From assembly GCF_006345805.1 (NCBI RefSeq), contig NC_042999.1, positions 108,686,001-108,750,000 on the forward strand: a stretch of DNA of 64,000 nucleotides, written 5' to 3'. The notes below the pieces were generated by a model. That model saw nothing but the letters and a program-made list of their open reading frames with translations, had not been told where the DNA came from and did not search any database. Source of the DNA: Octopus sinensis. Lineage: Eukaryota. The position numbers and the translations under genes were made by a program. Positions 39,602 through 52,775 of this stretch are shown one piece after another. Each line of letters begins with the position of its first letter. Position 1 is the stretch's first letter.

Positions 39602-40875
39602 AGGTGGTGAGCTGGCAGAATCATTAGCACACTGGGCAAAATGCTGAGTGACATTTCATCCATCTTTATATTCTGGGTTCAAATGCTGCCAGGCTCCGCT
39701 GTGGCCAACATTGCCTTTCATTCTTTCAGACTTGATAAAATAAGTTCCAGTTGAGCACTGGGGGTCAATTTAATAACCTTAACCCCCACCCCCGAAATTG
39801 GTGGCCTTGTGCCAGAATTTGAAACCAATATTAGGAGTGGGGTATTGACAGGCATATTAGGGCATCAGAGAAAATAGCTTTGTTTTATTTGTTTTTCCCA
39901 CCACTTTAGGTTCTGAGTTCAAATCCTACCAGGATCAACTTTGCCTTTCACATCTTCAAGGTTGTTACCATAAATATTAATCAAATACTGGTGTCAGTTT
40001 AATCAACTAAAACCTTCCCTTCAAATTTCAAGTTTTGTGCCTATGTTACAAACAATTATTGTTAGCTTTAAGAGTGAAGCGGCAAGCTGGTAGAATTGCT
40101 AGCACATCGGACTAAATGCAGTATTTGGCCTGTCACTACACTCTGAGCTCAAATTCTGCTAAGGTCGACTTTGTTTGCATCCTTTTGCATCACTAAATGT
40201 TTGCATCACTAAATGAATTATTGGTGAAACACCAGGGTTGATGTAATTGACTAGTCTCCTCCCACAAAATTTCAGGCCTTGTACCTTTCATTGAAAGGAT
40301 TATTAATTTTAAGAGTAATAAACTAGATGCTTATGGTATTTAGAGATGCCTCGCTATATGCTTTGAGTTCAGCTCCTAAGGTCAATTTTGCAGTGCATCC
40401 TTCTAAGTGGGGAGCTTTCAATAAAATAAACTAACATTCAAATACTTAATGTTGATATCATCAACTGGTATCTCACTTTGTTTCATGTTAGAAATTGTTA
40501 TTATTGTTGTTAACAAGGTGGCAAGCTGGCAGGATCATTAGCATACTAAGCAAATGCTTAGCAGCATCTTGACTGTCCTTATGTTCTGAGTTCAAATTCT
40601 ACTGATGTCAACTTTGCCTTTCATCCTTTCAACACTGGGGTTGGTGTAATCAACTAGTCCCCTTCCCTGAAATTTCAGGCCTTCTGCCTTTAGTAGAAAA
40701 GATTATTATCATTGTTCACAATCAAGGCAGTGAGCTGGCAGTGTTTTAGCCATCTACATTCTGAGTTCAAATCCTGCCAAAGTCGACTTTGCCCTTGATC
40801 CTTTTGAGATTGATGTAATCAACTAGTCCCCTCTCCCAAGATTCTGGCCTTGTGCCTAAAGTAGAAAGAACTATT
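39602..40875 (+). mobile_element. Cluster of six head-to-tail family B SINE copies
   Basis: Copies at about 39602-39826, 39850-40040, 40078-40305, 40320-40495, 40515-40707 and 40724-40875, each with the tctgagttcaaat...ttgcctttcatc core in variable condition. TSD-like aatattaggagtg (39585/39827) and tttaagagt (40067/40308). Confidence 0.85.
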
Positions 40876-43800
40876 GTTAGCAATGCCATGTCACTGATGT
40901 CTGGAATTCCCATATAGTATTTCCAAGTCTTAGAAATATTATATGTTCACTCCTTACAAGTCTTCTCTAACCTTTAAGCTACACAAGATTAAAAAAAAAA
41001 AAAAAAAAATTGAACAATATGTTTTTTTTAGAATATGAAGATGCCATTACTAGTCAGAGGTGTCAACTGTTTCAACTAACCATGAAATTCAGTATTGCTT
41101 TAGAATTATTCCAACATGAGTTTGAAATAAGGCTAATTTTCTTTTATATTCATCTGTAACAAAATACGAACAGTTCAGTTTTTATTGCCTAATGGAATTT
41201 CATAGAGAAAAAAGTTTTACTTGGAAAATTTGGCTTTTTTTCCATGTAAAAAACTTTGGTTTTACTATTTAATATGTATATAGTCTAAAAATCTGGAAAT
41301 AAGTTAATGGAGAAAATCTATTTTATTATATATATGGAAATACAATCAAAATGAAGAATATTATTGATTTTTTTTTTTTTTTTTGTAATTTCTGTCAATC
41401 AAGTTGTCTATTCAGCTGTTTTTCTCTTTTTACTCTGTTTTACATGAGCAATTTGATGATGATGATAATTGGGATCATGATGATGATGATCATGATGATG
41501 ACGATGCTATTTATTCAAAATATTTTAGAAGATTTAAATTTTAGATTTTTTTTTTTCCTTATTCTTCTTGGTTGATATAGCACTAGCATTGAATTTGTTG
41601 ATTGCCGTTTTGAAAGATTGAAGATTGGAACCATGTGTAAATATTGATTATCTAATGAACTCTGAAAAGGAACAGTTTGGAGAAAGAATAAGCAGTTGCC
41701 ATGAAATTCTCTCGAGAGGAATAGTTTTTTTTTTTTATGTTGATTTTCTAACAAAGCTGTAAAAAGAAAATAGATCCTCTTCTGAACATTGGGTGTGTTA
41801 GTAACAACAGAACAACTATCAATGTATAAAATTGGTTATTGAAAAGATATACATGAGAGTTAGCTAATGAGATTCACATTTTTCTAAATCAAGAAACTCA
41901 AGTGTAATGAAAAACAGTATTTGTTTAGCTGGAAATTTCTAATGCCGTACTGCATCAGCCAATTCTTGTGAAGTTCATTAGAATTCTTAAATCTCCATGT
42001 TTTCTTTTAGTTTCACATTACAATCATTTTTAATCATCTGTTTTTAACTTACTATTCTATAAAGCTAAGATTTTTATATTCCCATCTTTATAGACATAAA
42101 GAGTTAAATTTCATATTAACAATTAATAAAAGATTGTTATTTAGAATTTTAAAAGATTAAAGTGTATTTTATGGCCTAAATATTTTCTTTGAAAAATTTG
42201 AATGTAAAGTTATATATATATTGTATAAATGATTGTAAATATTCAGGTATTTAAATGAAATGTTTTAGTAGGCCTTTTATTGTTGGTTGCTCTCTTGCGA
42301 GGAAGAAAAAGAAAGAAAAATCACACACATTAACAAGTGAATTTCAGTGGTGCTTGTAGATTAGGCTGTGCTTTGAGGTAAAAGTAAACAATAGTTCATA
42401 CAAACTTGTCATAATTTGGCTAAATTATTAATGGCAAACTTAGAATTTTATATATGAAAAATGCAACTTGACTCTAAATATATTTCTTTTTTAGTTTGAT
42501 TTTCTATAATTTTTTTCTTTTATTGATCACAGCTGAAAAATATCTATAACATAGAAATAAAAAAACTCACTGAGGATCTTTGATATATGAAAATTATAAT
42601 TCTTTTACAAACACAAATATTTTATTTGAATTTTTTTTTTGATCTTCATTTTATTCATTGTAGATTTCTGTTAAATTTTTTGTGATCTAGCTTTTCACTA
42701 GACTATATGCTAACATGATCACCAGAGTTCTATTGCCTACCATGGTGTGTGATATTGCCTACCAGTGGTGTGTGATATTCTTATGTTTCTCAGAATTCTT
42801 CAAAGTATTTTGAATATGTTAGCAAATTGAAGTTTGACAACTTCATAGAATTTTATATACTATTAGCAACTTAGCTTTGTATTTTCTTAACTGCTTGAAA
42901 TTAAATTTCTATCTTATATTGAATTTGAATATTTAGTGTTTATAGCGATTGATTCTGACTATTGTTATCTTATCATACATTAAAACCATGGTCCCTCTTT
43001 ATCTCTTCTAAGTATAATGATGAATTTTTAACTTTTACTCAATTACTGTCTTTGATGTTATTCATATTTAAGAAATGGAAGTTATAAAAGCAATAAGATG
43101 TATAACTATACCAGACACATTTATTTTCTCTTGTGATGCATGAAAGATTCTAGAAGAAAGAATTTGTTCTTGCAACTTTTCTCTCTCATATTCAAACATT
43201 TGCTAATATTTAATATACTAAAGCTTTTGTGAGTAGTGAATATTGAAACAATTGTACATGTTTAGAGTTATAGTGAGGAAAATCCCAATAGATGCAGGCC
43301 AGTATTTTAAGTATGCACAGAAATCGTACTAATATATTTACATTAAAGTAATAAAGTGTGTTTAGACTATTAATGTCACTTTCTGTGGTTTTGTATATGG
43401 TTTTATATAACTATATTTACATCTAATTGGCTTCGGGTGCAATATTTTTACATTTGTTTTACTTACCCCCAAGAGTTTAGAAACTGAATACTTTAATGTT
43501 TTATGGGTAACAGTCTTAAAGTAAAGCAATATTATCTGAAACTCTGATCAAAATATAGTTTAAATAAAAATGTAAAAGAAGTTAATAGTAATTGTATCAA
43601 CCCTTACACTTTGATATTGCATGTCTTAAAACAAAAATATAATTCACTAGTAATAAGGTTGGCAAAACAAGGGAAATAACTCTAACCTTACCTATTTCAA
43701 AGTTAATCTTAAGACCTAAATATAGTTGCTTAAAAGTTTTATATTCAACTTGTTTCACTTTGATTATATAGTTCAATTTATTTTGTTATAATCGTTTTCT

Positions 43801-44309
43801 AAATTCATAGAAAGTGTTATATAATTAGATTAAATACATCAAAGTGGATTGTGGATTCCATAAATTTCTTTCAGGAAAGTTCAATGAACATTAAGAGAGT
43901 TTATTCTTCAATTCGTATTACTTCTGGATAGTAACTGAAACTTAATTACTTCTTAATCAGTTTTGTTTTGTTTTATTATTGTTGTTGTTTGATAAGGATT
44001 ATTATTTGTTATGTTATTCTAAGGGGAATTACTCTTCAATGATGAACCTTAATTTGGATATCAATAACATTTTAACTCCATGTTTGAAAATACTAAAGTA
44101 ATCTGGTTATTAAAAGATGTTTTCAGGTTTTGTGATTTAAAAAGATAATTATTTCATTTAATTCTCTGAAGATATTTCTTTCGTTAAAATGAATTAGTTA
44201 ATTTTTAACCCCGAGTTAGTGTACGTTTAAGCAGACATTTAATCACTTGTGATCCCATCCTTACCGTCCTATCTTATTTTCAGACATGATGAAGGACTCT
44301 TCCATCAAA

Positions 44310-44592
44310 GAGGACGTATAACTGTTCATCTTTTGCCGAATGACCTGCACAAATAATTTGTTTCTAGTGATCAAATGCTTACATTGTACATTAACTCACT
44401 CCCTCCATCAAATCGATGTTACCTGAACAGGTGCACGGTGTACCATGCACCAGATTTCAAAGCAATCTCAGAGCAACGCGAGACGAAGTACTTTGCTCAA
44501 GAACACAGGGCACCACTCGGTCTGGGAATTGAAACCACAATCTCGTGATCAGGAGTGCAACACCCTAACCACAAGGCCATGCGTCTTCACAC
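44310..44592 (-). mobile_element. tRNA-derived SINE (family C-like head, third 3' body) inserted within a family E repeat
   Basis: ttgctcaagaacaca...gggaattgaaacc...tcgtgatc...caccctaaccac is the reverse complement of the family C head. Family E halves flank it at 44200-44290 and 44630-44725. Confidence 0.75.
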
Positions 44593-46104
44593 GGGACAGA
44601 TGGTCTTGTGGTTAGGGTGTTACACTCACATAGGCTAGTTAAAATACCATTATTTAATGTGTCCATCTATTTTAAGATTGGCTGTAATTCTAGCTCGTCA
44701 AGCTAACTTGTAAAGATTCCCTTGTTTCTATGCATGATGTACGTATCATCATCGTCCTTTAATGTTTTTTTTCCATGCTGGCATGGGTTGGACAGTTTGA
44801 CAAGAGCTGGCAAGCCAGAGGGCTGAACCAAGCTCTGTTGTCTGTTTTGACATGTTCTTTATGGCTGGATTCCCTTTCTAATACCAACCACTTTACAGAG
44901 TGTATTGGGTGCTTTTATCATAGCACCAGCCCCAATAGGGTCACCTAGTAACTTGCAAAACAAGATAAAGTCCCCTCAGCCGGAGGTATTACTATTGAGG
45001 GAGGTGACTTAGCACCAGTTGAAGAATGATAGAGGGATAGAGATAGGTGTCTTGTTGTAGAAGAGATACAAGGATAAACCAGTTGGAGAAAGGGAAAGAA
45101 AGAGCAACTTAGAGAGAATATAGAGATGGAGAAAGTGAGAGAGATAGTGGTAGATATGTATTGGAATATACCCTCAAGGTATAGTGGGTGTTGAAAATAG
45201 GTGAATTAATACAGAAGATTGGGCTGGGTGAGCATGCAGGATGGGGGAAGAGGTGGGTAGTTTCATAAGAGTATGAGGAGAGATGATTTGTTGGGGGTAG
45301 ACTGTAATAATTGAAGGTGAGGGATATAAGAGTGGCTCCCCTTGAGCCACTCCTATATCTCTGCCCTTCAATTATGTTAGACATGTGAGAGCATTAGGAG
45401 TGATAGTAGATTAAATAAGGTGTTAAGGATGGAGTATATCAGAGAAGAGAGAGCATGTCTCGAGGAAGTTAAAGGAAGATAATGAGAAATGGAAATGGTT
45501 CTGGGGTGGCGAGCGAATGTTAAATGATGATGATGATGATGATGATGATATATATATATATAACTGAAATGTTTCATAGAAGTCACTCCATGAATAATTA
45601 CTCTTGACAAGTAGTCAAATACGTAATCAGAATTTCTATCAGAATAAGACTTTAATAAACTTTAAATTAGATTAATCAACCTTAAATTAAATTTTACATT
45701 CTTTATGAAGTACAAGTATCATTATCATCATTATTTAAATGTCTACTTTTCCATGCTTACATGGGTCATATGAAAGTATGTTTGTGCAGAATTTTCTGTG
45801 ACGAGACAGCCTTCCTGTTACCAGCACCCATCTGTTTCCAAGTAATCTCTTATTTTATCAAGCAACAAACGACATGTTTACATGGAGAACTGGAAACCTG
45901 TAACACTATGAATGAGCTTTTTGTTTACAAAGATTGCACAACATATCAACACGTCAGAAAACCTGGACATGGTTTCACACTGACCTGCAAACAGCACTAT
46001 CTGCATCAACAATAAGGCTGTTGTTTACAACCAGTGAACATAAACAAAGACAAAGGATAATACAAACTCTTTCTCTCTCTCTCTCACACACACACACACA
46101 TACA

Positions 46105-46258
46105 CTGACTTCTTCCATCTTCCATCTACCAAATTCATTCATAAGGTGGTCAGCTCAAGGCTATAGTAGACACTTAACCAAGGTGCCACACAGCAGAACT
46201 GAATCCAAAATGATTTAGTTCGGAAGTAAACTCTATAACCACACAGCCATGCCTGTGC
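46105..46258 (-). mobile_element. CORE-type SINE (family A) 5' half
   Basis: ggctatagtagacacttaaccaaggtgccacacag...aaccacacagccatgcctgtgcc. Similar fragments at 34095-34260 and 47105-47228. Confidence 0.75.
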
Positions 46259-47045
46259 CATGTTAGAAGAAAAACCATTGATGAATTTTTAAGCATTAAT
46301 GGAGATAAAAAAAAAATTAATATTTTCTTTCCAGGAAAGTTTATGAGTCTAGAAACAACAAGAAAATATTGCTTTCATTTACATCATAATAATGTGCAAG
46401 CATGTATCTTACGAAGTATGCTTAAGGGAAAGTGTGATATAAACTTGTTTGGAAGAAATCTCCGTCTCTTTAGGATTTAGTAGGTCAGAATTGTCCTCTT
46501 TAGATTTTTTAGAAGATTCTACATTGTCCACTAATCAGCTAGAAATAACAGCCAAATCTCCTTCAAAGCACATCTTACTGTTTTAAAATAAGGAAAGGTT
46601 ATATTAGGTAATGTTTTGGGGTTGTTTCTATTTATTTGCTGTATCTGGAGGATGGAGCAGTACCAGTGGCCTTTGTAGAATACTCCCTCCTCCTTCTGGT
46701 CTGATGAGATTGATGTCATTAATGTTCTTGAAATTTTGAAAGACAACACCTGCCGAAAAATATATGAGCAAGGATAGAATTCCAGAGGGCTGACATTCTA
46801 GAAAGGATGGACTGAGAGTAGTGGTTAGTGCATGGTAGAGGAGAACTGAAACCAATATCTTTATGATCATTAGCCAAACATCCTAACTACAGAACCATGT
46901 GTCTTCACACACATATGGGAGAGAGAGAGAGAGAGAGAGAGAGTTGTTAATAGAGGAGATTCAGATCCAGCAATGGTCAATATAGAAAACACTAAGTAGC
47001 ACTCAAATGACTTGAACTTTCACTATGAAATCTTTACCAAAGACT

Positions 47046-47085
<40 letters not shown>

Positions 47086-49012
47086 ACGCACATTCACACA
47101 GAGAGCAGTCTTCAACTTAGTTAACCCAAGGCTATGGGACCAGACACTTGCCCAAGAAGCTGATTGGTAGAATCAAACCCAGGCCACATGAATATTGAGC
47201 AAACCTTTTAACCATACACAGCTATGCCAAAGTCCCAGGGCTCTTCAGTAACACACATACATATCTCATATTGTATGCTTTTATACGATGAGAAAAAAAA
47301 AAACCTTGGTTGTCAAGGGAAATTACATTTTTGCTGAAAATTTTGCACCACTTTAGTACAGTTACCATTACCATCATACTTCCACCTGAAGTATCCACAA
47401 TCTCCACCTAGTTATCATAACTTACATGGAAGCCCTCTCTGATTGTCAGTACAAGGTTGCACTAATTCCTGCTACATGAGCACTTATAGTGCATCTAAAC
47501 TTCTGATTCCAATCAGTCTACAAAAGGTCTCACACCCTGTTTTCCTATTTACTGCTTCATTGAGTACATAATAGTCAGCTCCTGTATACATAGTAGTATC
47601 ACTTCACAAATACAGTTGGGTTTTGTGTGTTGGACTGCTACATACATTTTAGGCTTCTCTCTAAGTTAACCTTTGGTTGTTTTTGTTATTTTTTTTTTTT
47701 TCTGTTTTGTTTTTTGACCCACTCGTCCAAGTTTGGTATTTTTCTGCAATTCTTCAAAGTGTTTTTGTTTGCTTTTATTTGCTTTAAGAAGAAATCTATG
47801 GCCAGGTTCTCTATAAACATTGATTTGTACACAAAATTTCTCATTTCCTCTACTAAACTTGCTTTAGTAATTTCATACAAATCATTTTTTCACATAACTA
47901 CAGACTGTAAGACCCTGATATTGATCATCTCTTGTTAATAATATAGTATTTTTAGCTAAATACTTCTCTTGCAGTGGTTTCACTTGAAATACCACTGAAA
48001 TAATCCACAACTGCATTCTCATCATCATTATCATCATCTTCATTTTAAGTCTACTTTTTGATTCTTTAATTCCACCTTAATGACAAATCATTTATCTCTG
48101 AGCTGGTTGTTATTGTTGCTTAACTCCTGGTCAGCCCTGAATTAATAGCTCAATAATCAGATATTCCAGCCATAACTATTCTGTCTTATTCATGCAGCAT
48201 ATACAGGACATTACCTAATGTTACCATTTTTTAATATAATAGAATGAGTTTAAAGGCAGATTTTGCTACTATTTCTAGCAGTTTAGATGATCACATAGCA
48301 GTTGTTCATGTTATTCTTCATAATAGTAATTGTTATTTAGAACAGATCTTCCATAATCAAACAAACCTATAACCAAAGGCATTCCATCCTTAACAACCTC
48401 ATCTTTCTTGGTGTCATGTAGCCCAAATAACATTATACAGTGTGTCTTTTTTACAACATAATAGAGTATGATTTGAAGGGAAGATTTGGCTGCTATCTTT
48501 AGCATGTTGAGCAACCAAATAGACCCTGCTGCTTTTACTGTAATCATTGAACAAACCTAAATATGTTAATAATCCATCTTGGTGCTTTCAACAACTATGT
48601 CTGAAATACATACAACTTATTTTTTTTTATCTTTGTGTCTTTAATTTTTTAGCCATCTTCTTACTTGACTCTACAACTAGTTTTTCTGTTGGTTACTTTC
48701 CTACTCTTCATAGAAACATCATCAACGATTCTCATTTTTCTTATGGGATTTAAAGGCAAACGCATTCATATTATTTCATACTGCAACTCAATAACGTCTT
48801 GATTTGTCTGGTTACACTTTCTTGGAACTGAAAATATTTTCTGTTAATTGCCACTATGTTGCCTACAGTAAGTCTGAGTTTGACAATTCTATCCACTCAA
48901 CTTAGCAACTTTTATTATATGTTTTTTTTTTTTTGCTTCAGTTCTTAAAGTACATCTCTTCTTCCAGTATCAGAATTAATAATTAATTTGATGGTATTTT
49001 CCTTTCTTCTGA

Positions 49013-49520
49013 GGTGCAGGAATGATTGCGTGGTTAAGAACTTTACTTCACAAGTACACGGTTGCAGATTCTATCACACTGAATGGCATCTCGGATGACT
49101 GTCTTCTATTATAGCCTCAGATTTACCAATGCCTTATGTGTGAGTGAAATTTGGTTGATGGAAACTGTACCAAAGTTTAAGGTGTATGTTTGTATGTGTA
49201 CATACATATATATGAATATTATAGGTGTAGGTGCAAGCATGGCTGTGTGGTAAGAAGTTAGCTTCTCAACCACATGGTTTTGGGTTCATACCCACTGCAT
49301 GGCACCTTGGGCAAGTGTCTTTTACTATAGCCTCAGGTTAAACAAAGCCTTGCAAGTGGATTTGGTTTTGGGGTAACTGAAAGAAGCCTGTTGTACATAT
49401 ATATGTGTGTCTGTGTCATTGTCTGTTTGGATTTTTTTGCATCCCTGTGACTTAATGGTTCAGTAAAAGAGACTAATAGAATAAGTATCAGGCTTAACAA
49501 AAAAAAAGTACTAAGGTTGA
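49013..49520 (+). mobile_element. Two adjacent CORE-type SINEs (family A): 49013-49200 and 49229-49520
   Basis: Heads ggtgcaggaatgattgcgtggttaag and ggtgcaagcatggctgtgtggtaag; core ggcaccttgggcaagtgtc in the second copy. Confidence 0.8.
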
Positions 49521-49526
49521 ATATAT

Positions 49527-49730
49527 ATCATCATCATCATTTAACATCCGTTGTCCATGCTGGCATGGGTTGGACAGTTTGAACAGGTGGGAAGGCTGCA
49601 CCAGATTCCAGTCTGATTTGGCATAGTTTTCTACAGCTGGATGCCCTTCCTAATGCCAACCACTCTGAGAGTGTAAAGCATGCTTTTACATACTACTGGC
49701 ACAGGTGCCATTTGCATGACACCAGTATCT
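49527..49730 (-). mobile_element. Family D retroelement 3' end
   Basis: (CAT)n ttaacatccgttgtccatgctggcatgggttggac...gctggatgcccttcctaatgccaaccac. Confidence 0.75.
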
Positions 49731-49769
49731 ACTACAACTGCAGTTTTATTTGGCCTGATAAGGACACTC

Positions 49770-50480
49770 TATAATGAAATCTGTTGGAAGGAGAATCCTG
49801 AAGACAAAGAAATAGCACCCACAATATGGTAGAAGCCATAGCCATTCGTAATAAAAAGGAATACTGGTGGACTGTCCGAGTGAAGACCTCAATAAAATGT
49901 AAGCACTTCAGACCTGATATGATAATTTGGGATGGAGTAAAGAAACTATGCACAGTTGCAGAAATTAGCTGCCCAACTGATATTAACATAAAACTGAAGA
50001 TCAGTGAAAAAGAGAACACCTATTGCTGAACTATTGAGAAATCTACAATTAGTCTATCCAGATTACAAATTCAGGTTTATACCTGTAATTATTGAGGCCC
50101 TGGGATATGTAACACACTACCTAAATACCATTCTTGAGAAATTAGGCTTCTCAGAACCAGAAGAGAAAGCTAATTCAAAAAGTACAGATCCAGTCCATCA
50201 CTGGGCTTGTAAAAAGTCTGTAAAACATTCCAGAAGTTTATCATTTAAATATATATGAGCATGTCTAGATATGCAACTATATGCATGATGAGAATACATA
50301 CATAAAATATACATATCTTCACATACATGCATACATACACACACACACACACAAATGAACAAACAAACAAAAATATCCTGTTGTTGATGTTGAAATTCTA
50401 ATGAAGTAGCCTTGGATCTAAGTTAGACTCCAGTTCTTTCTCTAGCAACAAGAAATCTTGAAATAAACTGATTAATGACA
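49770..50480 (+). mobile_element. 5'-truncated R2-group (R4/Dong-like) non-LTR retrotransposon: restriction-like endonuclease domain plus 3' UTR
   Basis: ORFs 49826-50029 and 50004-50258 join across a frameshift: KHFRPDMIIWDGVKKLCTVAEISCPTDINIKLKISEKENTY/AELLRNLQLVYPDYKFRFIPVIIEALG. This is the RPD...E..CP.D.N...K..EK...Y..L...P.IIG(A)LG pattern of RLE-type LINEs. Confidence 0.82.
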
Positions 50481-51239
50481 TATACACACATATGACAGTG
50501 TGTTTCTATTTGTCTCTGTATTAGCATAATTATAGAATCAGTACATTTGCTTACATTATCTGCAACTTGAGAGTTTCATTTGTTTGGTGTGAAGAGAAGA
50601 GCAATAAAAACACCTTACATGGAAAACAAGAGTTGCTGACAAGAAGGGTGTCCGGCTATAGAAATAATACTTCAATACGTATCAGCCAACCCAAACCAGT
50701 GAGAAGATATGGAAAAAGAATTTCATTTAGTTACAAAAGAAGGAAACATCTGCTACAGATATTCAAGATAGTAGGGGAAAATCCGTAGTCAGAAAAAAGA
50801 TATTTTCTGCAAAACACAAAATAAATTATATTCATAACATGATTTACACTCATATCATAATAGCATTATTTTGGTTCTCTCAATGTATTGTTTATCCATT
50901 AAGCTTTTATGTTGTGTTTCATAGCTTAATGCATTTCTGATGATGACAATTATATGTAGAAATCTAGTACAAAACTAGGTTTTGTTTTTGTTTTGTTTTT
51001 GTTGGGGTTTTTTCACATTATGCTTGACCTTTCTAGGTATTGTAAAGGATATGATTTGCTTTGCACTGTTGATAGTGTTAACTGTCACTACAATCTGAAA
51101 ATAGATATAATTTTCTCATGGAGATTCCTTAAAAGAAGGGTTATGCTCATAGCCTATGGCCTTCCTAAGAGTGGAGGTTTAAAAGGTTAATGAAGTTAGT
51201 GTATTATTGTTATCTACAGTTACTGTAATATCAGTGTTT

Positions 51240-51448
51240 TGAAATTTTGGTAGAAGGCCAGCAATTTCAGGGGAAGGCGTAAGTTAGTTACACCAACCCC
51301 AGTACTAAACTGGTGCTTATTTTATCGACCCCAAAAGGACAAAAGACAAAACCAACCATGGCAGCATTTGAACTCTGAACGTAAAGATGGATGAAATGCT
51401 GTTAAGCTTTTGCTTGGCATGTTAATGATTCTGCCAGCTCACCACCTT
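51240..51448 (-). mobile_element. Meta-domain-type SINE (family B)
   Basis: aactggtgcttattttatcgacccc...atttgaactctgaacgtaaag...ttctgccagctcaccacc. Confidence 0.85.
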
Positions 51449-52574
51449 CGTTTTGTATATCAATATTATCAACAGTATAGTTCTATGGATGAAATGGATT
51501 AATTGTACTCCTAGGCATTGTTTTTTTTTTTCTTTTTTTCTTTTTTTTACAATTTGGGAGATGTTGTGGCATTAAGCTCTAAGTGTGTCAACAAGCAAAA
51601 GAAAAATAATTTTAAACGGTTTTGAAGTGAAGCCAGTTAGCTCTATCTTTTCCTATTTGTTAAAAATTTTATTTATTTAGATCAATGAAGCTGATGCAAT
51701 ATAACATTTTCATTTTGATAAAATAAACCCACTTCTGAAGAATTCAACTTAGAATATTAAAAATTGTGCTTTTCTTTTTTTAGCCTGACTTATACTTCTA
51801 TATATTTAGTTTTGTTTTTTCTATTTTTGTAATGTTAATCCTGGAGCCATCCAATTAGGGTGAAGATTGCTATTATCATGAAGTAGAAGTTAAATGAATA
51901 TTGACACTTTTTTCTTTCTCTTTTTCCAAAATTTTACTTAGAAATATTAGAAAATACAAGATTAAATATCATATCCAGGTCTTTTAACTCTTTTAACTGC
52001 AAAGAACAGCAGTTTCCATTCTGAAATGCTAGAATTGTTTTATAATGGATGGCGTTTGTATAAACAAAAAGGAATTTTAAATAACACAAAAAGAAAACAA
52101 CGTAAGGTAAATACTGTTGCTAAACAGAAATATAATTGCCTAAATTATAGTTGCTGCTGTTATGTTGTTATTTTTATACGTTTATGTTATTTGTTCCACT
52201 TCCATAATATTTTGCAAAGTGGAACTCTCACTTTCATAATATTACCTAAATGAACTTTTCTACAGATCTCAAATTGTCTTTAATTTAAATTCATTGTTTC
52301 TCACAACTTTGCTCATTGTATAAGTGTCTGTACATGTGTGTGAGTATCTGTGTGTATTCATGTGCTTTTTGTTCCCATCACCATAAGCTTTATAGCAAAA
52401 CTGTAGTTTTTCTTAGGTCGACATCACTATTGAGAATAGTTTTCTTAACTTCCAGTTCAATCTCTCTTCTAGTATTTCTTCCTCCCCTTCTCTCTCTCTC
52501 TCTCTCCACATTCATTATTCCCATTTAGAGCCATAGATGCCAGAGTCAGTAAGTAGAGCACCAAAGAACTAGTT

Positions 52575-52775
52575 GAGTTATTGTTTAACCCCTGGTCAAC
52601 TCTGATTAAGTAGACCTGTGATGAAAAACATTCCTCTGTGATCATTCAATCTTGTATTCAGACATAGTTTACTTAAGACTACATTATTTAATATACCCTT
52701 CACATCTATTATAGTGTTTGAGATTTGGCTGCTGTTTCTAACTTGCTGAGCAGCCAAGTAGAGGCTCCCTCATTA
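52575..52775 (+). repeat. Family E interspersed repeat
   Basis: ttgtttaacccctggtcaactctgat...gagatttggctgctgtttcta...gtagaggctccctc. Confidence 0.7.
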
